The notes under the pieces were generated by a model. It was given only the letters and a program-made list of their open reading frames with translations. It had not been told where the DNA came from and made no database searches. Shown here piece by piece: positions 46,859 through 55,564 of a DNA stretch of 64,000 nt. Both the position numbers and the translations under genes were made by a program. Numbering within the stretch: the first letter of the stretch is position 1; every line of letters starts with the position of its first letter. The stretch comes from Xanthobacteraceae bacterium (GTDB taxonomy: Bacteria; Pseudomonadota; Alphaproteobacteria; Rhizobiales; Xanthobacteraceae), in assembly GCA_050011955.1 (NCBI GenBank), contig JBEKIC010000003.1, positions 29,835 through 93,834 on the forward strand, read 5' to 3'.

Positions 46859-47614
46859 ATGCATCTCGACTGGTGGACCATAGGTCTCCAGACCGTCAAC
46901 TTTGCCATCCTGGTCTGGCTCTTGCATCGCTTTCTCTACAAGCCGGTGCTGCGCATGATCGACGCGCGCAAGGCCGAGATCGACCAGCAATATGATGATG
47001 CCAAAGCGACGGAAGAAAAGGCAAACGCGCATCTGGCGGGCATCGCAGCCCAACGCGCTGGGATCGCCGCCGAGCGCGAAGCGGCGCTCAAGGAAGCCGC
47101 AATGCAGGCGCAGGAACTGGCCACGACTTGCCGCGCTCAAGCCAAACGCGATGCGCAAGCGCTGCTCGACGGCGCACGCAAGACGCTAGCATCGGAGCGT
47201 CAGCACGCGTCCGAAGAAACCCGGCGGCTTGCTCTCGACCTCGGCGCTGAATTCGCGCAGCGGCTGCTCGCAGACGTGCCGATGCGGCTTCGCGCCGAAG
47301 CGTGGATCGAACGTATCGAACAATACCTCGAGGCGCTGCCGAGGCCGGAACGCGACGCACTCTCGCAACAGCTCGCGCAGGGCAACTTGCTGACCGTCGT
47401 CACGGCGGCGCCGCTGTCATCGCCGATGGCAGAAACCTGGCAGGATCGCTTGCGCCACGCTCTTGGTAAGAGCATCGCCATCGCATTCGAGGTGGACCCG
47501 CAACTCATAGCCGGCGCTGAACTTCATTTTCCTACCGCCGTGCTGCGCTTCTCCTGGCAGAACGCACTCGCCGCCGCACGATCGGAGATCGGTGTTCATG
47601 CCGACACTCGCTGA
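46859..47614 (+). CDS. atpF: ATP synthase F0 subunit b (long form)
   Basis: N-terminal TM helix followed by a long charged helix. No delta gene is present in the operon. Confidence 0.7.
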   Translation: MHLDWWTIGLQTVNFAILVWLLHRFLYKPVLRMIDARKAEIDQQYDDAKATEEKANAHLAGIAAQRAGIAAEREAALKEAAMQAQELATTCRAQAKRDAQALLDGARKTLASERQHASEETRRLALDLGAEFAQRLLADVPMRLRAEAWIERIEQYLEALPRPERDALSQQLAQGNLLTVVTAAPLSSPMAETWQDRLRHALGKSIAIAFEVDPQLIAGAELHFPTAVLRFSWQNALAAARSEIGVHADTR

Positions 47615-49145
47615 GGATCTCCAAGCCTGGCTGGAGGCAAGCCGTCAACGTCTCGGCGCTCTGGCGCTCGAACCGCGCCTCGAACACGTGGGCCGCGTGG
47701 TGCAGGTCGGTGATGGCGTCGCAAGTGTCCAAGGTTTGCCGCAAGCGCGGCTTGATGAATTGCTTGTTTTCGCCGGCGACGTGCGCGGTCTGGCAGTCGA
47801 TCTCGATGAGGAGACCATCGGCTGCGTGTTGCTCGGCGAAACCAGCGGCATTTCGGCAGGCAGCATCGTGCGCGGTAGTGGAGAAGTGGCGCACGTACCC
47901 GTCGGCGATGCACTGCTGGGGCGCGTCGTCGACGCGCTCGGCATACCGCTTGATGGCAACGGGCCGCTGGAAACCGCGCAGTTCTCGCCCGTTGAGCAGC
48001 CGGCGCCGGCGATCGTGCAGCGGGCGCTGGTCACAAGGCCGTTAGCGACGGGACTTTTGGTCATCGATGCGATGATTCCGCTCGGCCGGGGCCAGCGCGA
48101 ACTCATTATCGGCGACCGTGAAACCGGCAAGACGGCCATTGCCGTCGATGCCATCATCAACCAGAAGTCGAGCGACGTGATCTGCGTCTATGCCGCCGTG
48201 GGCCAGAAGGCTTCGTCCGTCGTGCGCGTGATCGAGGCGGTACGCCGGTACGGGGCACCCGAGCGATGCATTTTCGTGGTCGGCGAAGCCGATGCGGCGC
48301 CCGGCCTTCAGTGGCTTACGCCCTATTCTGCCTGCTCGATGGCCGAGTATTTCATGGCGCAGGGGCGCGACGTGCTCTTGGTGATCGACGATCTGACCAA
48401 GCATGCAGCCGCCTACCGGCAAGTATCACTGCTGCTGCGCCGGCCGCCCGGACGCGAGGCCTATCCCGGCGATATTTTCTACATCCATTCGCGTCTTCTC
48501 GAACGGGCAGCGAAGCTCGCACCTGAGCAGGGCGGCGGCTCGCTGACGGCGTTGCCCATCGCCGAAACCCAGGCCGGCAATATCAGCGCGTATATTCCAA
48601 CCAATCTCATCTCAATCACTGACGGTCAGATTTACCTCGATCCACGTCTTTTCTACGAAGACCAGAAGCCGGCCATCGACGTCGGCAAGAGCGTGTCGCG
48701 CGTCGGCGGCAAGACGCAGCCACCTGTTCTCAAGTCCGTTTCGGAAAGCCTGCGGCTCGAATACGCGCAATTTCTTGAATTGGAAGTGTTCACCCGTTTC
48801 GGCACCATGGTGGACGAGCGCACGCGCAAGGTCATCGAGCACGGCAGGCGCATCCGCGCTGTTCTCGGGCAGCGGCAATTCGCTCCCCTTTCGCTTGGCG
48901 AACAGGTGGCGCTGCTTTGCGCGCTCAGCGATGGCATCCTCGATGACGTGCCGCTCGATCGGATAAATGCGTTTCGCGCGGAGCTCACGCCCTGGCTTGC
49001 CGCGCATTGTTCGCAGGTGCTGTCACTCGACGACCGAAGTGGCACCCTATCGGATGAACTGCGCGCGCGGCTCAAAGCCGCGCTTCTCGCTCTTTCCCGA
49101 TCGGTTGCGACGTCGGCAACGAGACCGCCGGAGGCGCGGCCGTGA
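47592..49145 (+). CDS. atpA: ATP synthase alpha subunit
   Basis: GDRETGKTAIA P-loop, plus LLLRRPPGREAYPGD. Confidence 0.85.
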   Translation: MFMPTLAEDLQAWLEASRQRLGALALEPRLEHVGRVVQVGDGVASVQGLPQARLDELLVFAGDVRGLAVDLDEETIGCVLLGETSGISAGSIVRGSGEVAHVPVGDALLGRVVDALGIPLDGNGPLETAQFSPVEQPAPAIVQRALVTRPLATGLLVIDAMIPLGRGQRELIIGDRETGKTAIAVDAIINQKSSDVICVYAAVGQKASSVVRVIEAVRRYGAPERCIFVVGEADAAPGLQWLTPYSACSMAEYFMAQGRDVLLVIDDLTKHAAAYRQVSLLLRRPPGREAYPGDIFYIHSRLLERAAKLAPEQGGGSLTALPIAETQAGNISAYIPTNLISITDGQIYLDPRLFYEDQKPAIDVGKSVSRVGGKTQPPVLKSVSESLRLEYAQFLELEVFTRFGTMVDERTRKVIEHGRRIRAVLGQRQFAPLSLGEQVALLCALSDGILDDVPLDRINAFRAELTPWLAAHCSQVLSLDDRSGTLSDELRARLKAALLALSRSVATSATRPPEARP

Positions 49146-50020
49146 TGCGTCTTGCCGAGCTCCAGGGACAAATCGCCAGCATGGACGAGCTGCTGGATAT
49201 CGTCGGCGCGATGCGTTCGCTCGCCAGCATGCGTTTGCAAGAGGCGCAGCGCGCCCTTTCCGGCATCCGCAGCTATGCCGAATCTATGGCTGCGGCGATC
49301 GCCGCCGCTCTCCTGCTCATGCCAGAGCCACGACCGGAAAGACGCGCGGAGCATGAGCATCGGGCGCTCATTCTCTGCGCCCCGGAGCATGGTTTTGTGG
49401 GCGGCTTCAATGAGAGACTCGTGCAAGCGGCTGAAGCGGTACTGAAGCCGCCGGACCTGCTCTTCGTGCTCGGCAGTCGCGGTGCGGCGCTGGCGTTCGA
49501 GCGAGGACTGAAAGTTCTCTGGACGAGACCGATGGCCACCCGTTTGGTTGGCGCGCCAGACGCCATCAATCGCCTGACAAATGAACTATACGCCCGCATC
49601 GCGCGGGGCGAGATTTCCCGCGTCGAGGTCATGTTCGGCCGCTACGACCAGAAGGCGGCGCCGACGATCGAGCGGCACCTGCTCCTGCCGCTCGACATAA
49701 AGCCCTTAGCCGCCGCGCAGCCGCGCCAAGCGCCGCTTCACAACCTGGAGCCGCAGTTGCTCGTTGAGAAGCTGATGGCTGAATACTTATTCGCGCTGCT
49801 GACCGGCGCTGCGGTCGAATCGATCGCCAGCGAGAACGCCGCACGTTTTGCGGCAATGGAGTCGGCGCACGACAACGTCACCAAGAAGCTGTCACAGTTG
49901 CGCCAAACCGCCCGTCAGGCGCGACAAAGCGAGATCACCGAGGAACTGCTCGATCTGATCACCGGTACTGAAGCAACGCAAAACGCGACAAACCGGCCAT
50001 CAAAGAATCAGTTCATGTAG
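49142..50020 (+). CDS. atpG: ATP synthase gamma subunit
   Basis: MRSLASMRLQ...SENAARFAAMESA...ITEELLDLI. Confidence 0.8.
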   Translation: MMRLAELQGQIASMDELLDIVGAMRSLASMRLQEAQRALSGIRSYAESMAAAIAAALLLMPEPRPERRAEHEHRALILCAPEHGFVGGFNERLVQAAEAVLKPPDLLFVLGSRGAALAFERGLKVLWTRPMATRLVGAPDAINRLTNELYARIARGEISRVEVMFGRYDQKAAPTIERHLLLPLDIKPLAAAQPRQAPLHNLEPQLLVEKLMAEYLFALLTGAAVESIASENAARFAAMESAHDNVTKKLSQLRQTARQARQSEITEELLDLITGTEATQNATNRPSKNQFM

Positions 50021-50250
50021 CCGGCGCCCCCTCCTCGCCTAATCATCGTGTCGCAGCCATGGCAGTTAGGCCATCCGTCAAATCCTCCGATTTTTCACTG
50101 ACCAGCGTCCCGGCATTCTGGCCGATGGCCATGGCGGCTGAATTAATCGAGAACGGGGTGGAGCTTTACGCCAAGAACCTCAAATTCGTCGAGGAGGAGA
50201 TCAAGATTGACGATGAACTGAAGTCAACGCTGCCGACTGCGAACACGGCG

Positions 50251-50934
50251 CTACAAATTGCCGGTGAGGCGAAGGATGGCTTCGATGACCGCGCCGGTCG
50301 AAATGCCGAGCGCTCGCGACACGATGCTGAGATTCAATCCCAACTGGGCTCCCAGCAACGGCAGCACGAAGAGAAGACCGATGAGGATTGCGATCCCGTA
50401 GGGCTCCAATCGCGCCAGCGGAGCGGCCGCGGCCCGCGGCAGTATTCCGACCAGGATGCGGCCGCCGTCGAGCGGCGGCAGCGGAAACAAATTGAACACC
50501 GCCAGCACGACGTTGATGATGAGCGCGTTCTTCAAATTCTGCGCCAGCCATTGCGCGCTGGTGGCCGGCAGATAGAACACGACGTGAAATGCCAGCGCCG
50601 CAACGATGGCGAGCGCAATGTTCATGGCCGGTCCGGCGCCGGCGACCAGCACCATGTCGCGCCGCGGATGGCGCAGGGCGCGAAAATTGACCGGCACCGG
50701 CTTGGCGTAACCGAACAGGAACGGCGAGCGCAGCAGCAACAGGATGCCGGGCAAGAGGATCGTGCCCAGCGGATCGATGTGCTTGAGCGGATTGAAGCTG
50801 ACGCGTCCGAGCCGCCACGCCGTGTCGTCGCCGAGAAGGTGCGCGACGAAGCCATGCGCGGCTTCATGAAACGTGATAGCAATGATCACCGGGATAACCC
50901 AGATCGTCGCCAGATAAATGATATTAGCGGTCAC
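50251..50934 (-). CDS. site-2 protease (peptidase M50) family membrane protein
   Basis: HEAAHGFVAH (HExxH), multiple TM helices, and NLFPLPPLDGG. Confidence 0.85.
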   Translation of the reverse strand: MTANIIYLATIWVIPVIIAITFHEAAHGFVAHLLGDDTAWRLGRVSFNPLKHIDPLGTILLPGILLLLRSPFLFGYAKPVPVNFRALRHPRRDMVLVAGAGPAMNIALAIVAALAFHVVFYLPATSAQWLAQNLKNALIINVVLAVFNLFPLPPLDGGRILVGILPRAAAAPLARLEPYGIAILIGLLFVLPLLGAQLGLNLSIVSRALGISTGAVIEAILRLTGNL

Positions 50935-51229
50935 TGTGCTTTTTCCCCCGGGTTACGCCCTCGATCGGCGGCTTAACCCTGCCAAGAGCGCAAGTTGGAC
51001 GGCATGGTCAATGCCGACCGTTACGGCAAAGCAGGCCGAGATGCCAACGCACCCGGACCCGCCGCCGCAATGATCATGCCGCCTAAAACATGAGCAATAA
51101 CGGTGGAAATACCGTAAGTTGCGCCCTCCCCTTGCCCGTTCCAGTTGGCGCAAAGATTGCAACAAAGGTGATACTGCCATTGATGCGGCAGGCATTTCGA
51201 GTGTGCACTCGAATTGGCCGGGGAGCGAC

Positions 51230-52639
51230 ATGTTCGACGAAATGACGGGCAGCAAAGGCGCGGTGCGACCGGCCTATGCCGAACTGTCGCACTGGTTGGG
51301 CGAGGTTCCGCCCGATGTGCTCGATTTCCGCCGGCGCGAGGCCGAGTTGTTTTTCCGCCGCATCGGCATCACCTTTGCGGTCTATGGCGACCCCGAGGCG
51401 CAGGAACGCCTCATCCCGTTCGACGTCATTCCGCGCATCCTCTCCGCGGCCGAGTGGACGGTGCTGCAACGCGGCCTCGAGCAGCGCGTCAAGGCCATCA
51501 ATGCCTACCTCAAGGACGTTTACGGCCGCCGCGAAATCCTCAAGGCGCGGATCGTGCCGGAGGACCTGGTCTTTCAGAATCCGGTCTTCCGCCCGGAGAT
51601 GAATGGGCAAAAGGTGCCTCACGACATCTATGTCCATGTCGCCGGCATCGATATCGTGCGCGTCGACGCCGAAAACTTCTACGTGCTCGAGGATAATGCG
51701 CGCACGCCCTCCGGCGTCTCCTACATGCTGGAGAACCGCGAGATCATGCTGCGGCTGTTTCCGGAGCTGTTCTCGCGCTATCGCGTGGCGCCGGTCGAGA
51801 ACTACCCGGACGAACTTTTGGTGACGCTGACCTCGATCGCGCCGCCGACCGCCTCCGCCGAGCCGACCGTCGTGCTGCTGACGCCCGGCGTTTACAATTC
51901 CGCCTATTACGAGCATTCGTTCCTCGCCGACAAGCTCGGCGTCGAATTGGTCGAAGGCCGCGACCTCACGGTGAAGGACGACGTCGTCCACATGCGTACC
52001 ACCGAAGGCTTGAAGCGCGTCAACGTGATCTATCGCCGCATCGATGACGATTTCCTCGATCCGCTGGTGTTCCGGCCCGACAGCGCGCTCGGCGTGCCCG
52101 GCCTGATGTCGGCCTATCAGGCCGGCAACGTCACGCTCGCCAATGCGGTCGGCACCGGCATCGCCGACGACAAGGCGGTCTACAGCTACATGCCGGACAT
52201 CGTCAGATTCTATCTCGGCGAGGAGCCGCTGTTAAAGAACGTGCCGACCTGGCGCTGCCGTGACAGCGAGCATCTGTCCTATGTGCTCGACCACATCGAA
52301 GACCTGGTGGTGAAGGAAGTGCACGGCTCCGGCGGCTACGGCATGCTGATCGGGCCGAAGGCGGACAAGGCCACGATTGCCGCGTTCCGCGCCAAGCTTA
52401 AATCCGATCCGAAGAATTTCATCGCCCAGCCGACGCTGGCGCTGTCGACCTGCCCGACCTGCGTTGACGAGGGCATCGCGCCGCGCCACGTCGACCTGCG
52501 GCCGTTCGTGCTGTCGGGCGGCGATCGCGTGCGCATCGTGCCCGGCGGCCTCACCCGGGTGGCGCTGAAGAAGGGCTCGCTCGTGGTCAATTCGAGCCAG
52601 GGCGGCGGCACCAAGGACACCTGGGTTTTGGACGGATGA
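51230..52639 (+). CDS. circularly permuted type-2 ATP-grasp protein
   Basis: Start at MFDEMTG. Family features VPGLMSAYQAGNVTLANAVGTGIADDKAVY. First gene of the Anbu-type operon. Confidence 0.75.
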   Translation: MFDEMTGSKGAVRPAYAELSHWLGEVPPDVLDFRRREAELFFRRIGITFAVYGDPEAQERLIPFDVIPRILSAAEWTVLQRGLEQRVKAINAYLKDVYGRREILKARIVPEDLVFQNPVFRPEMNGQKVPHDIYVHVAGIDIVRVDAENFYVLEDNARTPSGVSYMLENREIMLRLFPELFSRYRVAPVENYPDELLVTLTSIAPPTASAEPTVVLLTPGVYNSAYYEHSFLADKLGVELVEGRDLTVKDDVVHMRTTEGLKRVNVIYRRIDDDFLDPLVFRPDSALGVPGLMSAYQAGNVTLANAVGTGIADDKAVYSYMPDIVRFYLGEEPLLKNVPTWRCRDSEHLSYVLDHIEDLVVKEVHGSGGYGMLIGPKADKATIAAFRAKLKSDPKNFIAQPTLALSTCPTCVDEGIAPRHVDLRPFVLSGGDRVRIVPGGLTRVALKKGSLVVNSSQGGGTKDTWVLDG

Positions 52640-52656
52640 GGAAGGCGTAAAAAGCG

Positions 52657-53598
52657 ATGCTGTCGCGTACGGCCGATAATCTCTACTGGCTCGCCCGCTA
52701 CGTCGAGCGCGCGGAATATCTGGCACGCATCCTCGACACCACATACCGGCTGACGGCGCTGCCGCTGGCTTATGTCGGCGCCTCGAACGAATGGGAATCC
52801 GCGGTCGCCACGGCCGGCTGCGCCAGCGCCTTCTTCGCCGCCTATACCGAGGCGAACGAGGAGACCGTCACCGAATTCCTCGCCTTCTCGACCAGCAACC
52901 CGTCCTCGATCCGCAACTGCTTCGAGACGGCGCGCGTCAACGCGCGCGCGGTGCGCACCGCGCTCACCATAGAGATGTGGGACACCATCAACAGCGCCTG
53001 GCTCGAGCTCAAGAAATGGAGCAATGGTCCGCGCGCGCGCGAGGAGTTTGCCCGGTTCCTGCGCTGGGTGCAGGAATCCTCGCTGCGCTTCGACGGCTCG
53101 GCCTACCGCACCATGCTGCGCAACGACGCCTACTGGTTCTCGCGGCTCGGCGTCTATATCGAACGCGCCGACAACACCGCGCGCATCCTCGACGTCAAGT
53201 ATCATCTGCTGCTGCCGGCGCACGAAAAGGTCGGCGGTCCGCTCGACTACTTTCAGTGGGCCGCGATTCTGCGCTCGGTGTCGGCGCTCACCTCGTATCA
53301 CTGGGTCTATCGCGAGAACGTCAAACCGTGGCTGGTGGCGGATTTGCTCATGCTGCGGGACGAGATGCCGCGCTCGCTGGCAAGCTGCTATGAGAACCTG
53401 GTGCAGAACCTCGACCGCATCGCCCACGCCTACGGCCGCCAAGGACCGGCGCAACGGCAGGCCCGTGCCGTCCGTTCCCGACTGCAAAACAGCCGCATCG
53501 CGGAAATTTTTCAGACCGGGCTGCACGAGTTCATCGACAATTTCGTCGAAGACAACAACCGGCTCGGAACCGCCATAGCGCAGCAATATCTGCTGTGA
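52657..53598 (+). CDS. alpha-E domain protein
   Basis: MLSRTADNLYWLARYVERAEYLARILD is the typical alpha-E/DUF403 start. Confidence 0.8.
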   Translation: MLSRTADNLYWLARYVERAEYLARILDTTYRLTALPLAYVGASNEWESAVATAGCASAFFAAYTEANEETVTEFLAFSTSNPSSIRNCFETARVNARAVRTALTIEMWDTINSAWLELKKWSNGPRAREEFARFLRWVQESSLRFDGSAYRTMLRNDAYWFSRLGVYIERADNTARILDVKYHLLLPAHEKVGGPLDYFQWAAILRSVSALTSYHWVYRENVKPWLVADLLMLRDEMPRSLASCYENLVQNLDRIAHAYGRQGPAQRQARAVRSRLQNSRIAEIFQTGLHEFIDNFVEDNNRLGTAIAQQYLL

Positions 53599-53713
53599 CA
53601 GGGGCCAGTAGTCAGTGGTCAGTAATCAGGAGACAGCGGCGCTTCGCGTCGTCTATTCTCCGTTGGCTGCCTTTTGACCTCTGACCTCTGATTTCTGACG
53701 CCTGTTGCCTGAT

Positions 53714-54526
53714 ATGCGCCTCCGCATCGCCCAAACCATGCTCCGCCGCTACGAGCCGGCGGCCATGGGCGTGATCCAAGTGCTGCGGCTCACGCCGCGC
53801 AACCACGAAGGCCAGTATGTGATCGGCTGGCGCATCGATGTGTCCGCCGACGTGCGGCTTCACGCGCACGAGGACGCCTTCGGCAATCTCACCCACGTCT
53901 TTACCGCCGCCGGCCCCCTCGATGCATTGAGCGTCAAGGTAGACGGCGAAGTGGAGACGCAGGACACCAACGGGGTGGTGCGCGGCGCCGTCGAGCGATT
54001 TCCGCCGAACCTGTTCCTGCGCGACACATCGCTGACGCAGGCCGACTCGCGGATCCGCGATTTTGCCGGCGATATGCGCGCTGCGGACGGCGGCGACGTT
54101 CTCGCGCAACTTCATGCGCTGCTGGAACGGCTGCACGATGCGATGACCCCTGCGGCGGATGCGTCGCCGGCCGCGCCGACGGCCGCCGACGCCTTCGCGC
54201 AGAAGCGCGGCGTCGCCCGCGATGTGACCCACATCTTCATCGGCGCGGCGCACAGCCTCGGCATCCCGGCGCGTTATGTCGCCGGTTATCTTAGCGGCGC
54301 CGGCACTGCCGACACCATCACGGAGGACGGCGGTCACGCCTGGGCGGAAGCCTTCGTGCGCGGTCTCGGGTGGATCGGCTTCGATGCCGTCAACTGCGTC
54401 TGCCCGACCGACGCCTATGTCCGCGTCGCCATCGGGCTCGATGCCCTCGGTGCCGCCCCGGTGCGCGGCACGCGCTACGGCGCCGGCGATGAGACCTTGG
54501 CGGTTGCGATAAAAGTCGATCAGTGA
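53714..54526 (+). CDS. transglutaminase-family protein
   Basis: GVARDVTHIFIGAAHSLGIPARYVAGY...HAWAEAF...GWIGFDAVN (Cys replaced, His/Asp region present). Confidence 0.75.
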   Translation: MRLRIAQTMLRRYEPAAMGVIQVLRLTPRNHEGQYVIGWRIDVSADVRLHAHEDAFGNLTHVFTAAGPLDALSVKVDGEVETQDTNGVVRGAVERFPPNLFLRDTSLTQADSRIRDFAGDMRAADGGDVLAQLHALLERLHDAMTPAADASPAAPTAADAFAQKRGVARDVTHIFIGAAHSLGIPARYVAGYLSGAGTADTITEDGGHAWAEAFVRGLGWIGFDAVNCVCPTDAYVRVAIGLDALGAAPVRGTRYGAGDETLAVAIKVDQ

Positions 54527-54603
54527 GCAAGACGAGCGGCCGCGCCATTGCCGCAAACACGGCGCTGCCGCTATAAGACCGCACCGGCGGAGCTGGCGAA
54601 CCG

Positions 54604-55350
54604 ATGACCTATTGTTGCGGAATTCTGGTACGCGAGGGGCTGGTGATGTTCGCCGACACGCGCACCAATGCCGGCGTCGACAACATCGCCACCTTCCGCA
54701 AGCTGCACATCTTCAAGGACCCCGGCAAGCGCATCATGGCGATCGCTTCAGCGGGGAATCTTTCCATCAGCCAATCGGTAGTGAGCATCCTGACGGAAGG
54801 GTACGACAATCCGGAAACCGGCGAGCACGAGACGCTGATGAACGCCCCCACCATGTTCCAGGCCGCCCAGCGCGTCGGACATGTCATCCGCATGCTGCTG
54901 GCCACGGAGGGCAAGGCGCTGGAGGCTTCCGATGTGACGTTTGACGTCGCTTTCCTGTTCGGCGGCCAGATCGCGGGCGAACGCATGCGGTTGTTCATGG
55001 TGTATTCCGCCGGCAATTTCATCGAATCCACGACGGACACGCCGTATCTGCAAATCGGCGAGCACAAATACGGCAAGCCGGTGCTCGACCGCGCAATCAG
55101 CTACGGCATGGAGCTGTACGACGCGCTGAAAGTGGGTCTCGTTTCCATCGACTCGACCATGCGCTCGAATCTGAGCGTCGGCATGCCGATCGATCTCTTG
55201 GTGGTGCGGCGCGATGTCTGCGATGCCGAGCTGATCCACCGCATCGAGCCGGGGGAGCCGTATTTCACCGACCTGCGCGAGCGCTGGTCGGCGGCGTTGC
55301 GCGCCGCCCACATCGCCATCCCCCGCCCGCCCTACAGCAACAAGCGGTGA
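54604..55350 (+). CDS. Anbu (ancestral beta-subunit) proteasome-type peptidase
   Basis: MTYCCGILVREGLVMFADTRTNAG has an N-terminal Thr-type nucleophile context. The operon partners match the Anbu cluster. Confidence 0.75.
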   Translation: MTYCCGILVREGLVMFADTRTNAGVDNIATFRKLHIFKDPGKRIMAIASAGNLSISQSVVSILTEGYDNPETGEHETLMNAPTMFQAAQRVGHVIRMLLATEGKALEASDVTFDVAFLFGGQIAGERMRLFMVYSAGNFIESTTDTPYLQIGEHKYGKPVLDRAISYGMELYDALKVGLVSIDSTMRSNLSVGMPIDLLVVRRDVCDAELIHRIEPGEPYFTDLRERWSAALRAAHIAIPRPPYSNKR

Positions 55351-55564
55351 GCGGCGGCAACAGGCCGAGTCTGGTAAAGGGGCGCCAAACACCCAGCGAA
55401 TAACGTCTGCTGGCCGGGCCTGCCGCGCTGAAATTTACGGCGCGTTAACTTTCCCAGCGAATTCACGGTCGCCCCGTAACGACTTTTTCGGCTTAACTGC
55501 AAGCGAATTGCAATCTTTTTCGCCTTATAGTCGGGGCGAACAAGAATAGTGCAAAGAGGGAAGC

